Positions 8,429 through 16,446 of a DNA stretch of 27,118 nucleotides are shown here, one piece after another (the first letter of the stretch is position 1; every line of letters starts with the position of its first letter). Location: positions 1 through 27,118 of IMG/VR virus record IMGVR_UViG_3300032247_001593; one strand, 5' to 3'. This stretch comes from a virus. Its lineage: Duplodnaviria > Caudoviricetes. A model generated the notes under the pieces. It did not search any database. It saw only the letters and a list, made by a program, of their open reading frames with translations, and had not been told where the DNA came from. A program made the position numbers and the translations under genes.

Positions 8429-9544
8429 TTAATCAGAATCCCAATCGTGGTCAGGGTACATTGCCCTCATATTAGCATCTACACTCTTGTTTAGGTCCCA
8501 GGTTGTTTTTGGCGGTCCTAATGGTTTGGAATTAGCGCCCTTTATTGGAGTATTCCAATATTCTGGATTTACCAATTTTTGTTTATATGGAGTACCGTCT
8601 GGGTTTTTACCGGCTTTGTATGCTAGATACGCAGGACCAGGCACTATTGGTTCGCTAAGTGATGATGTCTTTGACCCTGATACACTAAGGTTTGAAAGTG
8701 AGCTAGCGCCAGGACTGGTATTGCCAGTATTGTTGGTGTCAGATACTGTGTTGCCTTTGGCAGCTGCCAACTGTTTGCCGAGCAAAGCTAAATTATCAGG
8801 TAAGCTTTTGCTAGGATCAGTCTGTAAATCTGGTTTAACCTGTGTAACACTCACCGGTACGGCCTTAGAACTTGTACTTACAGTAGCATTCTTAGATGTA
8901 TTGCTATCAGATCCCTGGTCACTTTTGGCAGCTGCCAACTGTTTTTGAATCAAAGCTATGTTATCCTGCGCGGTTTGACTAGGAGTCCAATTACCAAGGG
9001 CTGTCTTGAGATCTACAGTGCCCGTGTCACTAGATGCAGCGGTGCTGCTGTCACCAGCCTTTGGTGATTTTGCTACCGCCGATTTAGGTTTTTTCAAAAA
9101 TATTGCCCATAGAAACGAGTTGGTATTTTTAATCCTTGGGTCCGCAGCATTTGCCACTATCTTTTGCAGCTGCGCGTTAGCAAAATCAATGCTGTCTCTC
9201 TCCATACTCTCTGGATTATCAGGCCCTGCTGTATCACCGGGAGCATTGTTTAGATACGAGAGTGTGTTTGGAGAGATTTCTATAGCTAGACCTGCCGCTG
9301 GATTACTATTTGGTTTAGCAGTTTTTTCTGTTCCTGAGTCTAATACTTGTAGATATCTGTAATATGCTGTACCAGCCGTTGTCCTTGGACTGAAGACCTG
9401 TAGCATAATTTGAATTATTTCATTTTCTATTCGTTCAATAGACTGTTTGTCTGACGCATTATCAAGTTCAAAGAATTTATTCCTAAGCTGCAAAACTGCG
9501 CCTGTATTTGGTGTGTTTTCAGATAGGATTTCTTGGATTTTCAT
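8429..9544 (-). CDS. Ser/Thr/Asn-rich low-complexity hypothetical protein; possible internal head protein
   Basis: 371 aa; begins MKIQEILSE; repeated DN(I/L)AL(I/L)xKQLAAAK; lies between the two paralogues. Confidence 0.7.
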   Translation of the reverse strand: MKIQEILSENTPNTGAVLQLRNKFFELDNASDKQSIERIENEIIQIMLQVFSPRTTAGTAYYRYLQVLDSGTEKTAKPNSNPAAGLAIEISPNTLSYLNNAPGDTAGPDNPESMERDSIDFANAQLQKIVANAADPRIKNTNSFLWAIFLKKPKSAVAKSPKAGDSSTAASSDTGTVDLKTALGNWTPSQTAQDNIALIQKQLAAAKSDQGSDSNTSKNATVSTSSKAVPVSVTQVKPDLQTDPSKSLPDNLALLGKQLAAAKGNTVSDTNNTGNTSPGASSLSNLSVSGSKTSSLSEPIVPGPAYLAYKAGKNPDGTPYKQKLVNPEYWNTPIKGANSKPLGPPKTTWDLNKSVDANMRAMYPDHDWDSD

Positions 9545-9568
9545 TGCTAAAGATGCTCCAATGTGATG

Positions 9569-10045
9569 TTATTTAGCCTCACTGTCGATTTCACTAAGCT
9601 GTTTCAATAGGTCGTTGCGGTCCATGAGAGTTGCTTTGGCCTCGACCGGATCATCATCCGTACCTTTGGTGATCCTGTCAAGCTTCAATTTGTCTAACTG
9701 AAGCTTTAGCAGTCGTAGTTTCTTATCAACTTTGGCGTTCTTGGCATCAACTGCTATCTTCAGCATCTGGCTGCTGCTGCTGAATATCTCTCCAGCATGG
9801 CGTATCTCCACGTTCATGCCTAGATCCTGTAGGTCCATGTGCGCCTTGATTGCAAGGTCGGCTAGCTCATCCATTTCCTTGTCATGGAGATCCTTGCCTC
9901 TAGTCTGAGATAGCTGCATGTCGATGTCTTCCGCTAGCGCTAAAGCTGCATGGATATCGTCATCAGACGGTCCTGTGGTCTCAGTTTCTTCTTCAACTGA
10001 TTCTATTTCAAACGTGTCTTCTAGGGTCTTGAATCTGTTGGCCAT
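9569..10045 (-). CDS. Helical hypothetical protein, paralogue B; candidate terminase small subunit
   Basis: 158 aa; same core and identical C-terminus (KATLMDRNDLLKQLSEIDSEAK) as 7905-8384; TGATG overlap with the upstream nuclease gene. Confidence 0.6.
   Translation of the reverse strand: MANRFKTLEDTFEIESVEEETETTGPSDDDIHAALALAEDIDMQLSQTRGKDLHDKEMDELADLAIKAHMDLQDLGMNVEIRHAGEIFSSSSQMLKIAVDAKNAKVDKKLRLLKLQLDKLKLDRITKGTDDDPVEAKATLMDRNDLLKQLSEIDSEAK
9570..9576 (-). promoter_or_regulatory. Late-type promoter CTAAATA overlapping the stop codon of paralogue B
   Basis: Second copy of the 87-bp repeat; followed by GGAG SD for the ORF starting at 9544. Confidence 0.6.
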
Positions 10046-10485
10046 CAGCGTTTCCTCTTAGACTTTGTGATATATATGTCGCTTTCAGTAAGGATACGGA
10101 AGGTCATGCCATTCTTCTTGCAGAATGCCATAGCAGCAGCCCATTTAGCTGTGTTTAATATCAGAGATGCTTTATCGCGCTTGCTACGTGCATTCTCTGC
10201 AATGGCTTCCTTGCTAGGTTTAACTTCTACCACTTCTGCACGACGTTTGCCATTCTTGTCTTGGTATAGCACCATGAAATCTGGCACGTATTGGCTGGGT
10301 TTGCCAGTTAGAGGATTTGTATACGGTATGCGTATGCTCTCACTGGCCCACTGTATCACGCTGGGATGGCTGTCAAGGAAGTTCATTACCGTAAGCTCCC
10401 AGCTGCTACGGAAAACCACGTCTTGTTTTCCTAGGAGCTTGGCTGGGTTCTTTGGAACAAATCTACCTTGGCTATACTTGGTCAT
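10045..10485 (-). CDS. Head completion nuclease, T4 gp4-like (TnsA-N / PD-(D/E)XK fold)
   Basis: QGRFVPKNPAK, FRSSWE, QWASE, IPYTNPLTGK, YVPDF, VEVKP, KWAAA, FRILTE. Confidence 0.9.
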   Translation of the reverse strand: MTKYSQGRFVPKNPAKLLGKQDVVFRSSWELTVMNFLDSHPSVIQWASESIRIPYTNPLTGKPSQYVPDFMVLYQDKNGKRRAEVVEVKPSKEAIAENARSKRDKASLILNTAKWAAAMAFCKKNGMTFRILTESDIYITKSKRKR

Positions 10486-11600
10486 GTTAATGCAGCCAAA
10501 CCAGGAGCAGCAGTAGATAGTAAGGTACCCCTGCGCTGATCGAGCACTTGGTTATAGCGATTGAATTTTTCTTGCCAAATTTCAAATTGCATGCGATTAA
10601 CTTCTGCCAAATGACTGATCACGGTATCATAACAGTGAGAATATTTAGGATGCTGCGAACGAGAAATTGTGTAATGCTCTATCATAGATGATTTGACGTG
10701 GTCTGGTAGATTACGCGAATCTAATATCACAGGCCAAGTACAGGTATTCATCTGCATGTACACTCTCATAGACTCTGCCCATTCTACCAAATTGTCCAAT
10801 TTATCATAATTGTATACGCTATAAACGCTGTTGATTTTCACGTTGAAATTACGGTTTGACTGGCTTATTTCATTTAATATTTTCATGTTAGCTTCAATAT
10901 CAGACCAGCGGCTATCCGAACGAATGTAGTCATTTAGATAACCAGCAGCATCAATGCTGCATATGATATTGGTTTCCTTGGTCATAGTTAGCAATTCAAG
11001 CAATCTATCGCTTATCTTGATAGTCATGTTAGTGGTAATAGAGATGTGTGATTGGTTAATGTTCTTTTCTGCATACCATGTTTCAAGCGTTTCTATGATA
11101 TCTTCTTGATGCATAATAGGCTCGCCGCCTATGAATATGAGATTGCGTGTGTCTTTTACTAGGTCCGATTCAAACTGCCAGTTAGAAGTCAATAAGCCCA
11201 GAGAAGATTCTCCCATAGCAACAGCATCGGCTAGCCAAGAACTGCTCCGTTCTTGGCTGCACATCCGACATTTTAGATTGCATAGGGTGCTGAAATTAAC
11301 TTCTTGACTGATTAATTTTGGCTCGTCAAAACTTACACCAAGTTTCTCTGCTAATACAAAAGAATAATCTTTGTAACTAGGTGTATTGATCTTGGTATTG
11401 TATTCACAATGTTTACAACAGTTATGTGGGATCTGCTGTTTGAATTGCTCGCGCAGATCTTGCATGAATTTACCATTAAAGAATGTCTTATAATCATAAC
11501 CTTCTATGGTCTCATACCAAATGCAGCAGGGAGATACATATCCATCCGGCCTGGTTTGTTGATGAAACCAAGGAAAAGCACAGTATGGCTTATCTGTCAT
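10482..11600 (-). CDS. Radical SAM protein with N-terminal SPASM/twitch-like Cys cluster
   Basis: Likely start MTDKPYCAFPW at 11600, just after the upstream stop. Motifs SPCC, CKHC, CNLKCRMC (CX3CX2C), GGEP, TTN, SID, DYIRSDSRW; ATGA overlap with the nuclease gene. Confidence 0.9.
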   Translation of the reverse strand: MTDKPYCAFPWFHQQTRPDGYVSPCCIWYETIEGYDYKTFFNGKFMQDLREQFKQQIPHNCCKHCEYNTKINTPSYKDYSFVLAEKLGVSFDEPKLISQEVNFSTLCNLKCRMCSQERSSSWLADAVAMGESSLGLLTSNWQFESDLVKDTRNLIFIGGEPIMHQEDIIETLETWYAEKNINQSHISITTNMTIKISDRLLELLTMTKETNIICSIDAAGYLNDYIRSDSRWSDIEANMKILNEISQSNRNFNVKINSVYSVYNYDKLDNLVEWAESMRVYMQMNTCTWPVILDSRNLPDHVKSSMIEHYTISRSQHPKYSHCYDTVISHLAEVNRMQFEIWQEKFNRYNQVLDQRRGTLLSTAAPGLAALT

Positions 11601-11602
11601 GT

Positions 11603-12079
11603 TTATGCCCCGACTGCAACAGCAATAGTTGGGCCAAGTGTTGGATTCTTGGTCCATGCCGGTTCAGGGTTAATACCAACATATCCTAATTGACTGGTTG
11701 GATTACGTATCTTGTTGATACTGGCTAGAAAATCGTTCATCAAGACACCTTCTTTGAACAGGCTAGTGACAGGTAGTCCTGTCTGATTAGCATAATATGT
11801 AGCCAAATTTGCCAGCACTTCTATCAGCTCATTTGGCACATCTGGACCACCAAATATGCCTTTAGCAAGGTCATAGGTTTGTGCTGATAGACCAGTTACA
11901 TACCTAGCAGGAGACCTAGATAATGCATAGTTTCCATAGTCATTGGTGCCAGAGATTGGTGCTCCAGATGAATTAGCCCACTGCCACGCACCCCCTGCAT
12001 TGGTGCCTTGCAGCTGACCGCTCTGCAGTGCAAGCTGCTTGCGGATGTTAGATTGTATGATATCTCTGTTACCGCTCAT
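11603..12079 (-). CDS. Hypothetical protein, probable tail/baseplate-associated
   Basis: 158-aa ORF coupled (TAATG) to the upstream tube-like gene; ends INKIRNPTSQLG. Function inferred from position only. Confidence 0.6.
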   Translation of the reverse strand: MSGNRDIIQSNIRKQLALQSGQLQGTNAGGAWQWANSSGAPISGTNDYGNYALSRSPARYVTGLSAQTYDLAKGIFGGPDVPNELIEVLANLATYYANQTGLPVTSLFKEGVLMNDFLASINKIRNPTSQLGYVGINPEPAWTKNPTLGPTIAVAVGA

Positions 12080-13698
12080 TAATACACCCTTATTGGTAAC
12101 ACAACCTGAGGTGGGAAGTTATCGCTTGTATCACCGCCAAACACAGTTGGATCATCTAGATAACCAAACGAACCTGTAGTAGATGTTGCTTCTCCAGCCA
12201 AACTATCTAAGCTTGGTCCAAAATTTGACACAGGATATGGTTGATAAGGAGCTTCAGTGAATCCGTCATATATGCCATCATTTGTATAACGTTGATCGCT
12301 TACGCCTATGCTGACAAATATTCCAGTCTCGCCTTGCTGCACTCGACGTCTAGCAGCTTGTATCTGATCATATTGGCTAAGTCCGTAACTGCGATTGATT
12401 CCGGGAACATATACAGGTCCGTATTCACCAGGATATCTAGCAGGGAATGCGTTGTAATAGGCTGGATCTCTGGAACCATTGGGTCTATAAGAAGTCTCTC
12501 CTGTAAATGCATCTTGCGCAATATATTGATCAGAGTTGATGGGGCTTCTCACTTGACCAGTGCCAAAATTAAAGCTTCCATATGAACCAAGACTATTGTA
12601 TGTACCATAACCAGTCAATGGTTCAAATTGGTTGATATCAGTGTATGGTATGTAGGTATTGTAATTTGGTAATTGCCCATAAGGCAAGCCAGTGATACCA
12701 GAATTTACACCAAGTGTAACATAGCTGAGATCGGTTCCTATACCCGTGCTAGAATATACGAGATCCACTGCGCCTAGGCTGTTTGCATATCTGCGTTGAC
12801 CACCATACAATCCTCCGCCTCCGGTTCCCACCAGCGCATTGTAACTGGCATATGCCAATGAGAAATTTTGTATGGCGCTAAGAGATATGTTGATTATAGA
12901 TTCTGCTAAACTAGTAGAACCGTAATACTGCGATGTTAACGGATCATAATATCCAAATTCTCTTGGATCGATACCACCTACCGCACCGGTATCTGGTTCT
13001 ACCGCAGGAGGCCCAATATCAAATCCAAACTGAGCCGCAAGAGCAGGAGTGATGTCACCTAATTCGTATTGCAGGGTTTCGTAACTAACCGTGAATTTAA
13101 CATCTAACAGATCCGAGCTTGCTGTGTCATGGCTGCTCCAATCTGCATTACTAAACTTGGGATTGAGATAGGTCACTTTGGAATATTGCTTACCAAACAG
13201 TGCATACACTTCTAGGCTGGTGAAAAAGTTTACCTGTTCACCAAGTGGACGCAGGCCCCATCCGGTGCTATCGTCAAATTCTGGACCAACTGGACTTGAA
13301 TCCATGGTCAGCGAGGATTTATTGCGAGAATCTCCGAAATAATACTGGAAATACTGTTTCCACAGGTCAAATGTATTGTTGTCAACAGTGTCATAGATGC
13401 TGATGTTTATGGGTCGATACTCAGTCTTGGTATAAACAAATCGTTTCCGGTTATATTGGTTAAGCTCTTTCTGAGACAGCTCTACGTTTGGCTTGTCTAC
13501 GCTCTTGATCCTATAACTGATACCGTCTATGCCACCTATCTGTTGCAGCCAAGGATATAAGCTCAGTGCTTGGCTGTTAACATTAAACACAGCATAGAAC
13601 ATATACTTGTAACGCGGAATCGCGTACATGTATTGCCCGGGACTCTGTGCCCCAAAGAACCAAGATGCATAAGGTTTATTGCGTAGTATGGTTGCCAT
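12079..13698 (-). CDS. Tail-tube-fold baseplate/tube-initiator-like protein with long Gly/Tyr/Ser-rich C-terminal extension
   Basis: First ~215 aa: PRYKYMFY, IKSVDKP, LNQYNRKR, YRPINISIYD, YLNPK, FTVSYE, a gp19/gp48/gp54-type pattern; adjacent to the tail tube gene. Confidence 0.75.
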   Translation of the reverse strand: MATILRNKPYASWFFGAQSPGQYMYAIPRYKYMFYAVFNVNSQALSLYPWLQQIGGIDGISYRIKSVDKPNVELSQKELNQYNRKRFVYTKTEYRPINISIYDTVDNNTFDLWKQYFQYYFGDSRNKSSLTMDSSPVGPEFDDSTGWGLRPLGEQVNFFTSLEVYALFGKQYSKVTYLNPKFSNADWSSHDTASSDLLDVKFTVSYETLQYELGDITPALAAQFGFDIGPPAVEPDTGAVGGIDPREFGYYDPLTSQYYGSTSLAESIINISLSAIQNFSLAYASYNALVGTGGGGLYGGQRRYANSLGAVDLVYSSTGIGTDLSYVTLGVNSGITGLPYGQLPNYNTYIPYTDINQFEPLTGYGTYNSLGSYGSFNFGTGQVRSPINSDQYIAQDAFTGETSYRPNGSRDPAYYNAFPARYPGEYGPVYVPGINRSYGLSQYDQIQAARRRVQQGETGIFVSIGVSDQRYTNDGIYDGFTEAPYQPYPVSNFGPSLDSLAGEATSTTGSFGYLDDPTVFGGDTSDNFPPQVVLPIRVY

Positions 13699-13703
13699 GC
13701 GAA

Positions 13704-13710
13704 TATTTAG
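13704..13710 (-). promoter_or_regulatory. Late-type promoter CTAAATA, 5 nt before the ATG at 13698
   Basis: Minus strand CTAAATA-TTCGC-ATG, directly after the terminator; no SD. Confidence 0.65.
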
Positions 13711-13712
13711 CC

Positions 13713-13739
13713 AAAGAAAAAGCCGCCAAATTGGCGGCT
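13713..13739 (-). terminator. Intrinsic terminator after the tail tube gene
   Basis: Minus strand AGCCGCCAA-T-TTGGCGGCT followed by TTTTCTTT. Confidence 0.88.
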
Positions 13740-13762
13740 CTTCATGTATATGCTGCTTGTTA

Positions 13763-14359
13763 TTAGCCGATCATCGTGCCATAACCAGTTGGTTCTGCAA
13801 ACTGCGGCATTATGTCATTGTCCTGTGTGGCGTTATCATAGCGAATCGTGAGCGTTATCATCATGCTCTCGCTTTCGCTGTAGTTAAACGTATCATAGGC
13901 AACGGTCTCAAGGTAGCAGCCTTCGAGATACCAATTTTCCAATACGCCGCTGTTTGATCCATCTAGCGTTTCAATCTGCGTGGTAAACTTGTAATTGATA
14001 CCAGAAAGATAAGAAGTTTGATTGAAATGGTTCATCTGCTTCTGCAGCTGTGTGGCTACCAGAGTGCTCACGCTGCTGTTAACGTCATCGCGCACGATGA
14101 TTTCTATGGTTTGCCATTCTGGTTTCTGCGGCAGATACATCACGTTGTTGTAGCTATGAATGGACGTACTTTGGTGCTGAATGGTTGGGCGAGCTGCTTG
14201 CGACACCTGCCTAGTAAGTTCAATCGCAGCTCCAGTTGGTCCAAAGCTTTGCATGCTCACCCTGAAACGATATTTCAGCTTCGGCATCAATATGCCCTGG
14301 CCGCTGATGCCAGGTACTATCGGTACCCCGAACTTGCTGAGTGTTGGTTGGAAAGCCAT
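13763..14359 (-). CDS. Tail tube protein, T4 gp19-like
   Basis: LMPKLKYRFRV, RP, KPEWQTIEIIVRDD, IETLDG, WYLEGCY, ITLTIRYDNA; AGGAG SD; own promoter and terminator. Confidence 0.88.
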   Translation of the reverse strand: MAFQPTLSKFGVPIVPGISGQGILMPKLKYRFRVSMQSFGPTGAAIELTRQVSQAARPTIQHQSTSIHSYNNVMYLPQKPEWQTIEIIVRDDVNSSVSTLVATQLQKQMNHFNQTSYLSGINYKFTTQIETLDGSNSGVLENWYLEGCYLETVAYDTFNYSESESMMITLTIRYDNATQDNDIMPQFAEPTGYGTMIG

Positions 14360-14383
14360 TTTTCGTCTCCTAAGATTGCAAAG

Positions 14384-14391
14384 TATTTATG
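14384..14391 (-). promoter_or_regulatory. Late-type promoter CATAAATA for the tail tube gene
   Basis: Minus strand CATAAATACTTTGCAATCTTAGGAGACGAAAAATG. Confidence 0.75.
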
Positions 14392-14450
14392 CGAAACTCA
14401 ATCTCTGATCTAACAGCCGGCTCAAAATAGGTATAAGGTATCCGTCTCAC

Positions 14451-14458
14451 TATAATTA
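14451..14458 (+). promoter_or_regulatory. Candidate promoter TATAATTA for the plus-strand enzyme operon
   Basis: Perfect TATAAT -10 with no good -35; also one mismatch from TATAAATA; 17 nt before the ATG at 14476, with GAAAGG SD. Confidence 0.5.
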
Positions 14459-14475
14459 AAGTGTGAAAGGCTTAT

Positions 14476-15918
14476 ATGAAATATCATGCGCTGATCATCA
14501 GTTGTAACATCAAAACCACGTACAGACTAGGTGGTGGATATCGCATAGCTACATTTCTACGAACTCAAGGATGGGATGTAGAAGTCATTGATTACATCAT
14601 GTTTTGGACTCTCGACGAGCTGAAGGAACTTGCGAGATCTAGGATCACCGACAACACAAAATTCATCGGATTCTCTACCCTGTGGAGCATGTGGTCACCC
14701 AAGCTTGAAGAATTTTTAACATGGATCAAAACAGTTTATCCATCTATTATCACTATCATTGGAGGACAACAATGTCAGATGATTGAATCGGGTGCCGATT
14801 ATTTTGTTAATGGATACGGTGAAAATGCTATCCTTAACATAGTGAAACACCATTTCACTAACAGCACTGATCAACTAATGAAAGACTTGCGATGGTCAAA
14901 ATTAGGCAAAAATGTAGTAGGTCACGATCACTACCCTTCTGCACCGCTTGATAGCTTGCTGATACAATACGAAGACAGGGATTACATCGATCAAAATGAA
15001 TGGTTATCTATTGAATTCAGTAGAGGTTGTAAATTTGAATGCACATTTTGTAACTATCCACTGTTAGGTGTGAAATATGATCATTCGAGGACTGCACAAG
15101 ATTTTGATAAACATCTCCGAGATGCACACGATAGATTTGGAGTAACTAATTATTATATCTGCGATGAGACTTTCAATGATTCTGTAGAAAAGATGTCAAA
15201 ATTTGCAAATGTAGTAAGAAATTTAGATTTCCAACCAAAATTTTCAGCCTTTATCAGAGCTGATCTCATGGTAGCTCGTCCGCAAGATAGAGACTTAATG
15301 CTAGCTATGGGCGTAATAGGACATTTTTATGGCATCGAAACCATGAACGCAGCATCTGGTAAGATAATAGGCAAAGGCATGCATCCCGATAAGCTTTTGC
15401 CGGGGCTGTTAGATATCAAATCCTATTTCAAAAAACACGGACCGTATCGAGGGGATCTGTCTCTTATCGTAGGGTTGCCGGAAGAGACTGAGCAATCTAT
15501 GAGTGCCGCACTCAAATGGCTGTATGAAAATTGGCAAGGTGAAAGTGCGATCGTTTGGCCTCTAGGCTTGCCAGATGATCCCATGTACAATAAGCTTAAT
15601 AAATTATCAATTAATAGAGAAAAATACGGGTATAGGCAATCTAACATGCCAGTGCCAGATGATCCATCCAATATAATATCTTCAACCTTGTTAAATTGGG
15701 AAAACGATTACTTTACCTATGCTAGAGCCATGGAAATAAGTACCAATGCAGCTAAAGAACTTAATCGATTAGATTTCAGAGTAAGTTGTTGGAATTTAGG
15801 AGAATACGGAATGTCTAACATCTATGACGTAATAGAACTACCAAATTCGGCAAATATGCACACACCGATAGACAGGATCGAAAAATATAAACGCAAAAAG
15901 CTTGGAGAAAGTTTGTGA
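14476..15918 (+). CDS. Cobalamin-binding-domain radical SAM enzyme (class B methyltransferase-like)
   Basis: N-terminal B12-binding-type pattern (YRIATFLR..GWDVEVID, IGFST, IIGG, GYGE), then EFSRGCKFECTFC, DETFND, GIET, LIVGLPEET. Confidence 0.88.
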   Translation: MKYHALIISCNIKTTYRLGGGYRIATFLRTQGWDVEVIDYIMFWTLDELKELARSRITDNTKFIGFSTLWSMWSPKLEEFLTWIKTVYPSIITIIGGQQCQMIESGADYFVNGYGENAILNIVKHHFTNSTDQLMKDLRWSKLGKNVVGHDHYPSAPLDSLLIQYEDRDYIDQNEWLSIEFSRGCKFECTFCNYPLLGVKYDHSRTAQDFDKHLRDAHDRFGVTNYYICDETFNDSVEKMSKFANVVRNLDFQPKFSAFIRADLMVARPQDRDLMLAMGVIGHFYGIETMNAASGKIIGKGMHPDKLLPGLLDIKSYFKKHGPYRGDLSLIVGLPEETEQSMSAALKWLYENWQGESAIVWPLGLPDDPMYNKLNKLSINREKYGYRQSNMPVPDDPSNIISSTLLNWENDYFTYARAMEISTNAAKELNRLDFRVSCWNLGEYGMSNIYDVIELPNSANMHTPIDRIEKYKRKKLGESL

Positions 15919-16442
15919 GATTTTCCGATAGATATGTCATAGAGTTGCCAGATCTAACAATTGATATTAATAAAGTCTTAGATTATGCCAAAAGTTACCA
16001 AGCCAAATGGTCACAATGGACGTCGCCGGAGGGAATCACGGCTCCACATTCTACTTGCTTACTAGATGACATTGATATAGTACAGCATGCATTTTTCTTT
16101 GATTTGATCGATAGACTCAATCCAATTCTAAACGTGACCAAACATAATTTATCAATAGTGAAATTTCCACCAAATTATAGTCTGCCATCGCACATTGATC
16201 CTGTGAGAAAAGCTGCTATTACTATACCGATAGTTCCAGAGATGCCTGCACCGATATACTGGGCAGGCAAGAATGCAAAAATATTGTATAAGCACGTTTA
16301 TACACATGCAACTGTCATAAATGTCCAGAGGAAACACGGGGTCATAAACGACAATAGAGAACGCATAACATTGCAAATAGATCTAAGCACCGAATGGAAT
16401 GCGTTATTGAGCTTGCAAAAATCAAAAGGGTTGGTTAAGTGA
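15915..16442 (+). CDS. Fe(II)/2-oxoglutarate oxygenase-like cupin (AspH/Nif11-cupin-like)
   Basis: LPSHID...HGVIN...RITLQI gives HxD...H triad plus 2OG-binding Arg; GTGA overlap. Confidence 0.75.
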   Translation: MRFSDRYVIELPDLTIDINKVLDYAKSYQAKWSQWTSPEGITAPHSTCLLDDIDIVQHAFFFDLIDRLNPILNVTKHNLSIVKFPPNYSLPSHIDPVRKAAITIPIVPEMPAPIYWAGKNAKILYKHVYTHATVINVQRKHGVINDNRERITLQIDLSTEWNALLSLQKSKGLVK

Positions 16443-16446
16443 TATC

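Larger units (their letters stand above)
7887..9637. repeat. 87-bp direct repeat (7887-7973 and 9551-9637), one mismatch, offset 1664 bp
   Basis: AGATGCTCCAATGTGATGTTATTTAGCC...GAGAGTTGCTTT; mismatch A7953/G9617. Covers the 3' end of each paralogue plus the downstream promoter and SD. Confidence 0.93.

Noticed and set aside
6463-9637. Direct repeats as a diversity-generating retroelement or CRISPR array
   Set aside because: No reverse transcriptase or cas gene, no adenine-specific mismatch pattern and no repeat-spacer periodicity; the repeats are coding duplications.
10045-10485. TnsA-like nuclease as evidence of a Tn7 transposon
   Set aside because: Sequence and context match the T4 gp4-like head-completion protein; no TnsB/TnsC or terminal repeats are visible.
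11601-11657. Longer N-terminus for the radical SAM ORF (track start 11657); likewise track start 19412 for the AspH-like gene
   Set aside because: Both extensions overlap the upstream gene heavily; starts at 11600 and 19487 fit family N-termini and operon spacing better.
21-14413. Many plus-strand ORFs in the track opposite the core genes (e.g. 1122-1370, 3351-3803, 5516-6103, 8487-8948, 10067-10516)
   Set aside because: They are antisense shadows of well-supported minus-strand genes and have no motifs or SD. The same applies to short antisense ORFs within the island.
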